A DNA stretch of 44,728 bases from Bdellovibrionales bacterium (GTDB lineage: Bacteria > Bdellovibrionota > Bdellovibrionia > Bdellovibrionales > UBA1609), in NCBI GenBank assembly GCA_051011135.1, contig JBPCUO010000026.1:1-44728 (forward strand), given 5' to 3'. The notes below the pieces were generated by a model. The model saw only the letters and a program-made list of their open reading frames with translations, ran no database searches and was not told where the DNA came from. The stretch's first letter is position 1. Each line of letters opens with the position of its first letter. A program made the translations under genes and the position numbers. Positions 28,023-36,968 of the stretch are shown piece by piece.

Positions 28023-28370
28023 CTAAGACGCTATGGAAGGATGTTTATTTTTTAATTCTTCTACTAAAGACATGATTACTAAATCTTGATCTAAAATAGA
28101 AGAAGTCATATCTCTTTTCATTCTTAAAATTTCTACTAATTTCTTTTTTTCTTCTGGATTGGCTTGAACATCGTTATATCTAGATAGTTTGTTATCTATC
28201 CGATCGATAGCATTTAATAAAATCTCTCGACTATAATAAAAATTTTCAAAATTATCTATACAACCCTCATTCAGTCTATCCATTTCATTGACATTGATTT
28301 TATGAAATTCTAAAAGATAAGAATTCCTCTGCTCAAGTATTTCTAATAATGTTACAACTTCTTTTCCCAT
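28023..28370 (-). CDS. Small helical protein, FlgN/FliT-like flagellar chaperone candidate
   Basis: All-helical acidic protein with FY..RE.LL motif; ATG 28370 has GGGAG RBS. Family call is from recalled similarity only. Confidence 0.5.
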   Translation of the reverse strand: MGKEVVTLLEILEQRNSYLLEFHKINVNEMDRLNEGCIDNFENFYYSREILLNAIDRIDNKLSRYNDVQANPEEKKKLVEILRMKRDMTSSILDQDLVIMSLVEELKNKHPSIAS

Positions 28371-28479
28371 AAATAATACTCCCTTCAAGTTCTATTATGA
28401 CACAAAAAACAGGAATATTTATGTCAATAATATGGCCTTGTCTATAGACGGGAAATCCCTAAAAATCTTTTAAAATTAG

Positions 28480-28526
28480 ATATTTACAAGATGACAAAAA
28501 TATTTACAGGACTGACAAAAATATTT
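28480..28526. repeat. Intergenic tandem direct repeat (20-21 nt period)
   Basis: ATATTTACAAGA-TGACAAAA / ATATTTACAGGACTGACAAAA / ATATTT. Confidence 0.7.
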
Positions 28527-28532
28527 TTAAAC

Positions 28533-30113
28533 TTAAGAATCACTCCAAATGGAAAGATAATCCTTAAAAACTTGATCTGTACTTTTTTGATCTGGACAAA
28601 TCTCTAAAAGAGAAGAAGTCTCATTTTGATCCACACGAAACCCCTCAAAATCTTTAAAACATTTATAATCAAAATTCCAAAATTGAGCCAAAGAAGAAAA
28701 AGACAAATGATGTTCATTTAAAAAAGCTTTATTTTTAAAAAGACGAGAGAATATCTGACCTCCAGAGTTATTCATAATAAATAAAGTCCAAGGAGGAATG
28801 TTTTTACCAATCCAAAAAGCGCTTAAGTCATAAAGGGCGCTGATATCACCTATAATACCAAAATTAGGATGTGATTTTTTACACTCCCCAAAAAATCGAG
28901 AAATTAAACCATCAATTCCATTCACTCCATTTTGACCTGTCACAGATAAATTATGCTTACAAACTAAAGAGGCTTGATCCCATAAACGAATGGGCAAGCT
29001 ATTTCCTAAAAAAACATGAGAGTTTTTTGGAAAAGATTTTTTCAATCGTCTTATCCATGCTTCTTCACTCCTGGGGTATTTTTCTAAAATTTTTATCCAT
29101 TTTTCAGATTGTTCTCTATCGTAATTAATGAGATTTTCACTGTGATTGTTTAAATTCAAAAGATGTTTTTTTAACAGCTCTAAATGATCCCATAAAGAAA
29201 AATGAAATGTCTCCCTCGATAATCCTGCATAAAAAGGAGGAGATGATAAATTTAAAACTTCTATATCTGTCGTTTCTAAATCTCTCCAAAATCGAGAACG
29301 AGGAATCCCTCCTAGGCGAATCACCCCATCTATTTCCTTTTTTTTAACAGCATAGTTTAATATTTTTTCACCTGATAAAAGTCGTTCTTGAATATGATGA
29401 AGTTGAGATAAAGCTTCCAGATAAAAAGGCTGTTGACTTGTTTTTAAAAAATTTTCAACCAAAGGTTTTTCTCTTTCTTTTAATTCACCAACAAAAATTA
29501 ATGGTTTTTTACATTTTTTAAAAAAACTTTCAAAACCTTTATGATCTTTTTTAGAAAGATCTGAATAAATAGATCCGCCTTTTTTTATGGAAGTTTTTGA
29601 AAAATCTAAATTTTGAACAGCCGAATCTAATAAAGGCTCGTTCAAACAAACATTCAAATGAAGATGACCCTGTTTTGGAATCCAAGAAGATAGACTGACA
29701 TCTTTGGGCTGATATAAGTCCAAAGAGCAATAGCTATAATCTTTAAAAAGAGCAATAGGATCTTTTATAGTTTGAGGAGTCGCTTGTTTTCTATAAGAGG
29801 GAGGACGATCTGCTGTGATTAACACTAAAGGAATTCCACTGTAATAACCCTCTATTACACTAGGAAGCAATTCCGCAACGGCTGTTCCTGAAGTTGTAAT
29901 AACAGCAATAGGAGCTTGATCTCTTCGAGCTCGTCCTAAAGCAAAAAAACCACAAGATCGTTCATCATAAAAATAACAAATCTCGATACCTTTTGCCCTC
30001 GATAAAACTTCTATAAAAGGAGCGCAACGACCTCCGGGGCTAACACAAAAAGTTCTGACACCCATCGAAACAAGTTTTTGAATAATATCTTCTGCTAATT
30101 TAATATTTTTCAT
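28533..30113 (-). CDS. menD: SEPHCHC synthase (menaquinone biosynthesis, ThDP enzyme)
   Basis: VSPGGRCAP, DERSCGFFALG, TTSGTAVAEL, TADRP, GNSLPIR, NGIDG, GD...YD, NNSGGQIF. Confidence 0.95.
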   Translation of the reverse strand: MKNIKLAEDIIQKLVSMGVRTFCVSPGGRCAPFIEVLSRAKGIEICYFYDERSCGFFALGRARRDQAPIAVITTSGTAVAELLPSVIEGYYSGIPLVLITADRPPSYRKQATPQTIKDPIALFKDYSYCSLDLYQPKDVSLSSWIPKQGHLHLNVCLNEPLLDSAVQNLDFSKTSIKKGGSIYSDLSKKDHKGFESFFKKCKKPLIFVGELKEREKPLVENFLKTSQQPFYLEALSQLHHIQERLLSGEKILNYAVKKKEIDGVIRLGGIPRSRFWRDLETTDIEVLNLSSPPFYAGLSRETFHFSLWDHLELLKKHLLNLNNHSENLINYDREQSEKWIKILEKYPRSEEAWIRRLKKSFPKNSHVFLGNSLPIRLWDQASLVCKHNLSVTGQNGVNGIDGLISRFFGECKKSHPNFGIIGDISALYDLSAFWIGKNIPPWTLFIMNNSGGQIFSRLFKNKAFLNEHHLSFSSLAQFWNFDYKCFKDFEGFRVDQNETSSLLEICPDQKSTDQVFKDYLSIWSDS

Positions 30114-30134
30114 TTCATGACCCTATAGTAAAAT

Positions 30135-31166
30135 CTAAAGAAATATTTGACGAACCTGCTTCCTTTTTAGAAATAATTCTTCCCACTCTTTTTGTAAAAC
30201 ACTATCACGAACAATACCAGCGCCTGAGTAAATTCTTATTTTAGAATTCATCCATTCCATATTTCTTATACTCACAAGACAAAAAGCCCGATCTTTACCA
30301 TTGAAATAACCAAAAGGAGCTCCAAAAAAATGCCTTGGTTTTTGCTCCTGATTCAACCATGAAAAAGCTTCTTTTTTAGGGTAAGATCCTAAAGCGGCTG
30401 TGGGATGAAGTTGGTGACATAATTTTACATAATCTAATGGCCCCAATAATCTCCCTTTTTTTTGAGTGCACAGATGCTTTATTTTACCAAAAACCTTTTC
30501 ATAAGTTTTTTGCTCTGTCCAATGAACTAAGCCTTTTAAACTTTCTTCAATACTTTGAATCACATACTGATGCTCCATCATTTCTTTTTGATTTTCAAAT
30601 AAAGAGGCTCCTGGATAAACGGAAGTCCCTGCTAAAGCCATTGTTGAAAAAGATTCTTTTTGATAAGAAAATAAAATTTCAGGAGATAAACCCACCAAAC
30701 CTCTTTGAGAATTCCAATAACCATACAAGTAAGAATCTTGATAAAAGAATGCCTTTTTTTTATAAAAATTTTTTAAAAAATAAAGAATATCTGGTTTTTG
30801 ATCTAATTCTTCAAAAAAAACAGGAACCATTTTTTTAAATTTAGAAGAACGAATTTGATTTTTAATTTGATAAAAAGCCTGTTGAAATTCTATAAAACTA
30901 GGAGGCTTAATCAGGGAAAAAGTCTTTTTTGTGTCAGAAACCTCTGTTCCTAAAAATTTTAATAATTCCTCTTTTGAGACTTTACAAATTGCCTTAGCTT
31001 GAAGCCAAGCTTGTTTTTCTTTTAAAAAAAAATCTGTTATATAGAATCCTAAACAAGGCTTGGAAGAGGTTTTAAAAGGACCTTCCCCTAGTAAATATTG
31101 ATCTTTTGAAATTTGTAGTAAAATCCCCTCTTTCAACCATGCCTTTTTATTGATAGAAATCACCAT
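30135..31166 (-). CDS. menF: Isochorismate synthase (chorismate-binding enzyme)
   Basis: SPEIL, TMALAGT, KE..EH, HL.T, LHPTAAL...P, VSIR, GAGIV, EW.EL..K; directly upstream of menD. Confidence 0.88.
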   Translation of the reverse strand: MVISINKKAWLKEGILLQISKDQYLLGEGPFKTSSKPCLGFYITDFFLKEKQAWLQAKAICKVSKEELLKFLGTEVSDTKKTFSLIKPPSFIEFQQAFYQIKNQIRSSKFKKMVPVFFEELDQKPDILYFLKNFYKKKAFFYQDSYLYGYWNSQRGLVGLSPEILFSYQKESFSTMALAGTSVYPGASLFENQKEMMEHQYVIQSIEESLKGLVHWTEQKTYEKVFGKIKHLCTQKKGRLLGPLDYVKLCHQLHPTAALGSYPKKEAFSWLNQEQKPRHFFGAPFGYFNGKDRAFCLVSIRNMEWMNSKIRIYSGAGIVRDSVLQKEWEELFLKRKQVRQIFL

Positions 31167-31263
31167 TTCAATCTATAACATATCTTCAAATTTGAAAAAT
31201 AAATAGAAATCTTTTAAAAAAGATATTGCTCAAAAAAACGAGGGACTATATATTTTAAAATCT

Positions 31264-32049
31264 ATGAAAACCACATCTATCCAAATAGGCTCTCAAACTA
31301 TAGACGATCATTCTTTTCAAGTTTGGGCTGGCCCTTGCTCTATCGAAAATCAAACACAGTTTGATAAGATTATAAAGTTTGTTACCCAACAAGGAGCCTC
31401 TGGGATTCGAGGAGGTATTTATAAGCTAAGAACTGATAAAAATAGTTTTCAAGGTTTAAAAGAAGAAGCTTTTCCTATTATTAAGAATTTTAAATCTCAG
31501 CATAAAGACACTCCCTTTATTAGTGAAGTGACAGATCCTCGACAAATCGAAACATTAAATGAAATGGTAGATGTCTTTCAAGTGGGAACAAGGAATATGT
31601 TCAACTATGAATTGCTTAAAGAGTTAGGAAAAACAAATAAACCTGTTTTATTAAAAAGATTTTTTTCTGCTCGTATCCAAGAATGGATTAAAGCCGCTGA
31701 GTATGTTTTTCAAGGTGGAAATTCAAAAGTGATTCTTTGTGAAAGAGGAATTAGAACTTTTGAAACAGCCTATAGAAATACTTTAGATTTTAATGCCGTT
31801 GCCTTTCTTAAAAAAGAAACCTCTTTTCCTGTATTTGTAGATCCCTCTCATGGAACTGGTTTTCGCTCTTTAGTTCCTGCTTTAACAAAAGCAGCTTTAA
31901 CATTAGGAGCCGATGGGGTGCTTATAGAAGTTCATAATGAACCTGAAAAAGCTCTCTCTGATTCTCAGCAAAGTCTTAATTTTGAAGAATTTGAAAATCT
32001 TATGACAGAACTTAAAAAAATAGCACCTCTTGCCAACAAACGATTGTAA
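31264..32049 (+). CDS. aroF: DAHP synthase type I-beta, catalytic barrel only
   Basis: AGPCSIE, RGGIYKLRT...FQGL, QVGTRNM, LCERGIRTFE, DPSHGTG, EVH..PEKALSD. Confidence 0.95.
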   Translation: MKTTSIQIGSQTIDDHSFQVWAGPCSIENQTQFDKIIKFVTQQGASGIRGGIYKLRTDKNSFQGLKEEAFPIIKNFKSQHKDTPFISEVTDPRQIETLNEMVDVFQVGTRNMFNYELLKELGKTNKPVLLKRFFSARIQEWIKAAEYVFQGGNSKVILCERGIRTFETAYRNTLDFNAVAFLKKETSFPVFVDPSHGTGFRSLVPALTKAALTLGADGVLIEVHNEPEKALSDSQQSLNFEEFENLMTELKKIAPLANKRL

Positions 32050-32082
32050 GATTCTTAAAAAAAATTTAATATAAAAAAAGAT

Positions 32083-32997
32083 ATGATCATTCTTATAACA
32101 GGTGGAACTGGTTTTGTTGGTTCCGCTTTAATTCAAAAACTAAAAAAAGAAAAGCATAAAATTTATTTATTAGTGCGCTCTTTTACAAAACAAAAAGACT
32201 CTTCTTTAAAAGAGTTTTTATGGTTGGATACAAATCAAGAATTACCTTTGGAAGCTTTCCCAAAAGAGGAAGACTACGGAATCATCCATTTATTAGGAGA
32301 GCCTATTTCTCAATGGCCTTGGACTTCTCATAAGAAAAAAAAGATTTATGACTCTCGAGTGATGGGTACAAAAAATCTTGTAGAAACTATAAAAACACTT
32401 CCCAATAAACCTCAATTTTTTTTAGCGGCTAGCGCTACAGGAATTTATGGAAATCAACATTCTAAAGAAGTATTTGAAAATTCTCCTATTGATAATCCTC
32501 ATTTATTTTTACAAAAAGTTTGTCAGGATTGGGAAGAAGAGGTGTTAAAACTTCAAGAACTATCAAGGGTGATCATTTTAAGATTAGGTTTGGTTTTATC
32601 TTTTCAAGGAGGGTTTTTGAAAACCCAATTAAAATGGTCTCAAGCTTTTGTTCCTATTGTGATGTATCGGGATAAATTATGGTTAAGTTGGATTCATAGG
32701 GAAGATTTAGTTTCTCTTATCTATTGGATACTCTTTAAAAAACAGATCAAAGGAATCTACAATGCAACATCGCCTCAACCCTTTGATATGAATTCTTTTT
32801 TTGATCATGTTTCTACTCACTTGAAAAAGAAATACTTAAGAATTCCTCAACCTCTTTTTTTAATGCGACTTTTAGGAGGAGAAATGATAAAAAATCTTTT
32901 GGTCAGCTGTTATGTGAGTTCTAAAAAAATTCTTGAGGAAGGATTTGAGTTTAAATATAAAAATTTAGAAGATGTTTTTAAAAACCCAGATCTTTAA
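32083..32997 (+). CDS. TIGR01777-family NAD-dependent epimerase/oxidoreductase
   Basis: ITGGTGFVG, W....K..IYDSRV, ASATGIYG, VCQDWE, SWIHRED. Confidence 0.9.
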   Translation: MIILITGGTGFVGSALIQKLKKEKHKIYLLVRSFTKQKDSSLKEFLWLDTNQELPLEAFPKEEDYGIIHLLGEPISQWPWTSHKKKKIYDSRVMGTKNLVETIKTLPNKPQFFLAASATGIYGNQHSKEVFENSPIDNPHLFLQKVCQDWEEEVLKLQELSRVIILRLGLVLSFQGGFLKTQLKWSQAFVPIVMYRDKLWLSWIHREDLVSLIYWILFKKQIKGIYNATSPQPFDMNSFFDHVSTHLKKKYLRIPQPLFLMRLLGGEMIKNLLVSCYVSSKKILEEGFEFKYKNLEDVFKNPDL

Positions 32998-34025
32998 ATC
33001 TGATCCAAGCGCTTTAAAAGAATATGATCAGCAATGACCAAACAAGCTATAGCCTCTACAACACAAACAGCACGAGGGCCAATGCAAGGATCATGTCGTC
33101 CTTGTTGAGCAATAGAGCCTAGAGAAGAAGGGGCTTTAAAAGCAACTCTCACAACAACACGCTCTCCTGAAGTTAAGCCACCTCTAATCCCTCCATAATT
33201 TTTAGAATCTTGATGAAACACAGTTCCTTTTATAGGAAGGCAAGAAAAACCTGAGCCAATCTCGACACCACAAGAAGCTCCTAAACTCATTAAAGCTTGT
33301 GTTAGATCTGATTTAAATTTCCAAAAAATAGGCTGACCTAAAGATTTTGGAACACCCTCTATCCAAAGTTCTACAACAGAGGCTAAACTTTCTCCCTGTT
33401 CTTTAGAGGCCATTAAAAGATCTGAAACTTTTTGAGATTTTTCTTTATGAGGAAAACAAGCTGGATATTCTTCTGATAAAATCTTTTTTTGAAATAAATC
33501 TTCTGCAATTTTAAACTCTGAATCTTCTAAAGCAATCTTTCCAATTTGCCGAACAAAAGCCATAACTTTAAAATTTTTATGCAACTGTTGCAGTAACATA
33601 CGAGCTATAGATCCTGCCAACACTCGAGACAAAGTCTCTCTTCCAGAAGAGCGACCTCCTCCTCTATGATCGACATGCTGAAATTTATCTTTCCATAAAT
33701 CATCAGCATGACCTTTTCTAAATTTTGTTTTTATAGATTCATAATCTTTAGATCGAGCTCCTTGATTTCGAACTAAAATAGCAATAGGCGTTCCTAAAGT
33801 TTTTCCTTCATAAATACCACTTAAAATTTCTGGCTGATCCAACTCAACTCGAGAAGAAGTCCATGGCCAACGACCGGGGCGGCGACGATCAAGTTCTTTT
33901 TTTAAAAGATCCAAGGAAAAAGACACTCCCGATGGACAGCCTTCTATAACAGCACCTAAAGCCGGCCCATGACTTTCTCCAAAACTGTGAAATTTAAAAA
34001 TATGACCAAAAGTATTTTGACTCAT
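32994..34025 (-). CDS. aroC: Chorismate synthase
   Basis: FGESHGPA, RRRPG, GKTLGTPI, RGGGRSSGRET, GGIRGG, GRHDPC. Confidence 0.97.
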   Translation of the reverse strand: MSQNTFGHIFKFHSFGESHGPALGAVIEGCPSGVSFSLDLLKKELDRRRPGRWPWTSSRVELDQPEILSGIYEGKTLGTPIAILVRNQGARSKDYESIKTKFRKGHADDLWKDKFQHVDHRGGGRSSGRETLSRVLAGSIARMLLQQLHKNFKVMAFVRQIGKIALEDSEFKIAEDLFQKKILSEEYPACFPHKEKSQKVSDLLMASKEQGESLASVVELWIEGVPKSLGQPIFWKFKSDLTQALMSLGASCGVEIGSGFSCLPIKGTVFHQDSKNYGGIRGGLTSGERVVVRVAFKAPSSLGSIAQQGRHDPCIGPRAVCVVEAIACLVIADHILLKRLDQI

Positions 34026-35797
34026 TGTTGTTCCAAATCTAAAAAAATCTCTCTTTGTCTTTTTGCCTGCTCTTTAAAAATAAAATCTCCTGCTTGATAA
34101 GAAATATTACTCATTAAAGCATACTCTCGACCTGGAGAATCTTCTACATAATTTAAATCTATAATTTGTTGAACTTTCCAGTTTTTAGGAGGCCAAAGAC
34201 AATTTTTCATACGCTTTCTACCAACAGCCCATATTAAAATATCATAATTTCTGTTTTTTTCTCCTTGAATTACCTCTCCTGTTCTTGCGGAGTAAAAATC
34301 AGCATCTGGAAAAGCTTCTTTTAAAGGATCTCGAACTCCTCCACCTCCCCAAACACAGATCGATTTATTTTTGAGTCTCTTTTTTAAGGATTGAAAAGCA
34401 TAGAAATCTGTATTGTAAGCCTTCCATTGATTATCATGAAAAATCAAAGTGTTAGCACTTTTTAAAAGAGTAGATTTCTCATCTCTAACATTCGCTTGAA
34501 AACTGGCTTCCTGTTTTAAGGGAGAGGTCACTGCAAAAAAAACAAATCCTAATTTTTTAAAAATATTTAAATTTTCTTTAGTGAGTTCTCCTTCTTTTAA
34601 AAGAAGAGGAAAAATAGGGATCGATCGACTCTTGTAAAAAAACAAACTTTGCTCGCTAGGAGTTGCTGAAAAATCTATGGGATCACCAATAACAGCTCCT
34701 AAATTTTTTTTAGTTTTTGAAAAATAAACAGCTTCTGAAAAAAAGGGTTGATCTAAAACTGAAGCAGCTCCTTCTCTTATAAAATGCAAAAAATTTTCTG
34801 AACCAAAAGCATTACGAAACCATCTCCATCGCCCCTTGGAAGATCGAGGTAAAAAACTTCTATTGGAAGGATCTTCTTGCTTCCATTGCCACCCCATTTC
34901 TAACTCTTTAAAATCAAAAATCTCTATCGCTAATTTTAAATGATAATTTTTATAAGAAGAAAATTTTTTGAGTAAAGACTGTAAATCCTCCTCCCCTCTT
35001 TCGTGAAGAGATAAAATAGAAACACCTTTGGGGGGCTCCCCTAACTTTAAATCCCAACTCCAATGGATTTTATCTGGAATCTCACAAAACAATCGATTCG
35101 AATAAGAACTAAAAAGGAGTTTATTTTTAGGAAGAATTTTTGAGACTTGATTTGTAAATGCTTCATGAGTTGTGGAATCATGAATTTCAAAAAAACGAAT
35201 TCCCCAAGACATTCTTTTATTCAAATACTCCTGTAATTTTTCGTCCTCTTTGGGAAGATTGTTAGGATTTAAAGATAAACAAAACAAATCTTTAGAATAA
35301 GATTCAAGACCTAAAAAAACTTTATCAAAATTTTCGGCTTTTTCAAAATGCTCTAACCGACAAAAAGTTTCATCACACTGCTCTAAGTAGTATTTGTTTC
35401 TTTCTAAATAAAGATCTTTAGACTCTTGAAAAGGATTTTTATCTGTTAAAAAAGGCCGGTTAAAAAACAACCTTCCTGCCTGATCTGTGGGGCGAGTTAA
35501 AAATATAACATTCCAATCTTTTTGTTTTTTAAATTTAAATCCAGCACCTACCGAAATATAATTATCATTTTTAGCATCAATATTTTTAATTATTTTTTGA
35601 AAAACTTTTTGTTCCAAATCTCTAAAAAGATCCTCTCCTTTAAGGAAAATATCTTGAATAGAGGATGAGAATTCTTTTTCAATTTCTTGATCTAAATCAA
35701 AATAAGCAGCTTTTTTATCTTTATTTTTTAAGCTTTCAATAATTTTCAACCAATGAGTTTTTCCTGTTCCTCTATGACCTATAATGAGGTTTATCAT
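34022..35797 (-). CDS. Trifunctional fusion: shikimate kinase (AroK) + type I dehydroquinate dehydratase-like (AroD) + shikimate dehydrogenase (AroE)
   Basis: N-terminal GHRGTGKT, DLDQEIE, FRDLE; middle ILSLH...LKLA (His and Schiff-base Lys region); C-terminal GDPI..S, VTSPLK, ANTL, NTD, WGGGGV, DLNY. Confidence 0.82.
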   Translation of the reverse strand: MINLIIGHRGTGKTHWLKIIESLKNKDKKAAYFDLDQEIEKEFSSSIQDIFLKGEDLFRDLEQKVFQKIIKNIDAKNDNYISVGAGFKFKKQKDWNVIFLTRPTDQAGRLFFNRPFLTDKNPFQESKDLYLERNKYYLEQCDETFCRLEHFEKAENFDKVFLGLESYSKDLFCLSLNPNNLPKEDEKLQEYLNKRMSWGIRFFEIHDSTTHEAFTNQVSKILPKNKLLFSSYSNRLFCEIPDKIHWSWDLKLGEPPKGVSILSLHERGEEDLQSLLKKFSSYKNYHLKLAIEIFDFKELEMGWQWKQEDPSNRSFLPRSSKGRWRWFRNAFGSENFLHFIREGAASVLDQPFFSEAVYFSKTKKNLGAVIGDPIDFSATPSEQSLFFYKSRSIPIFPLLLKEGELTKENLNIFKKLGFVFFAVTSPLKQEASFQANVRDEKSTLLKSANTLIFHDNQWKAYNTDFYAFQSLKKRLKNKSICVWGGGGVRDPLKEAFPDADFYSARTGEVIQGEKNRNYDILIWAVGRKRMKNCLWPPKNWKVQQIIDLNYVEDSPGREYALMSNISYQAGDFIFKEQAKRQREIFLDLEQQ

Positions 35798-36966
35798 AGA
35801 GAAGAACCTACTAAAGAAAAAAAGTCAGGAAAACTTTTGTTGATAGCCTCTTTTCCTTGAATATCAATAGGAACACTTAAGCTTTTCACTAATTGAGCTG
35901 CCATGACCATTCGGTGATCATGATCGCTTTTAAAAGAAAAAGAAGGTATAGAAGACCAATTTTCTTTTCCATAAATCCATAAAGTATCTTTTTTTAATTC
36001 TGTTTGAATCCCTGATAAATTTAAAAGCTCTATCACTTTTTCCAATCGATGAGATTCTTTAAAAGCTTGATGAGATAACCCCGATAACTGACTCGCTCCT
36101 TCAGCTTTAGCGCATAAGACAGATAAAACAGGAAACAAATCAGGACTCCCTGATAAATCTACATTAATATTTTTTAAATTTTTAGTTTGAAAAATAGAAA
36201 TAGTTTCGTTTTTTAATTCAATACCAACTCCCATGTTTTTTAATAGATCTAAAAAAATGGAGTCAGGTTGTAAGCTTTTCGATTCCCAATTTGTAAAAAC
36301 AACTTTTCCATTTAAAACAGCCAAAGCAGCCAAAGCAAATAAACAACTTTGATCTTGCTCAACTTTATAATAAAACTTTTTTAAAGTTTGATTCTTTGGT
36401 ATATAAAATTCTTTTCCTGATTGTTTAATTTCCATTCCTAATTGTTTCACAAAATCAATAGTCATTTTAAAATACAAATAAGATATTTTTTGACTTGTTA
36501 AAGAAAAATAAATATCTCTTTCATAATTCCAACTGTTTAAAACAAGAGCCGAGGCATACTGACTGCTGACTTGTGAAGGAACCACCAAATAATCTCCTTG
36601 AGGCTGCCACCCTTGAGACACTAAACACCAACCCTCAGAAGTCTTAAAAATTTCCACTCCTAATTGAGATAAAATTACAGAAAGGTCCTTGAAAGGCCTT
36701 CTCCATAAAGCATCCTCTCCTTTTAATAAAAATCTGCCTTTTTTTCTAGAAAGTCTTAAAGCTAAAAAACGAAAAGCTGTTGCGCTTAAACCGCAATAAA
36801 AATCTTGGCTCGTATCTAAAGAAGCAATGGCTTTTTTCATAACTTGAATATCATCGCATAAATTATCGCCTTCAATAATCAACCTTGGAAACCAACTCTT
36901 CACAATAAGAGCTCGATTTAAAAGAGATTTAGAAGGAGGAGCTTGTCCTAAAAAACGAAAAGACAT
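35794..36966 (-). CDS. aroA: EPSP synthase
   Basis: PPSKS, SATAFRFL, RRP, SSQYASAL, PDL, KESHR, DHRMVMA, KSFPDF. Confidence 0.93.
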   Translation of the reverse strand: MSFRFLGQAPPSKSLLNRALIVKSWFPRLIIEGDNLCDDIQVMKKAIASLDTSQDFYCGLSATAFRFLALRLSRKKGRFLLKGEDALWRRPFKDLSVILSQLGVEIFKTSEGWCLVSQGWQPQGDYLVVPSQVSSQYASALVLNSWNYERDIYFSLTSQKISYLYFKMTIDFVKQLGMEIKQSGKEFYIPKNQTLKKFYYKVEQDQSCLFALAALAVLNGKVVFTNWESKSLQPDSIFLDLLKNMGVGIELKNETISIFQTKNLKNINVDLSGSPDLFPVLSVLCAKAEGASQLSGLSHQAFKESHRLEKVIELLNLSGIQTELKKDTLWIYGKENWSSIPSFSFKSDHDHRMVMAAQLVKSLSVPIDIQGKEAINKSFPDFFSLVGSSL

Positions 36967-36968
36967 TT

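Noticed and set aside
27998-28035. c-di-GMP-I riboswitch-like words (GCAAAC...GAAA...GACGC)
   Set aside because: Spacing and pairing do not fit the P2 stem, and no plus-strand gene lies downstream.
28480-28526. Mini CRISPR array
   Set aside because: Only two adjacent units, no spacers, no cas genes.
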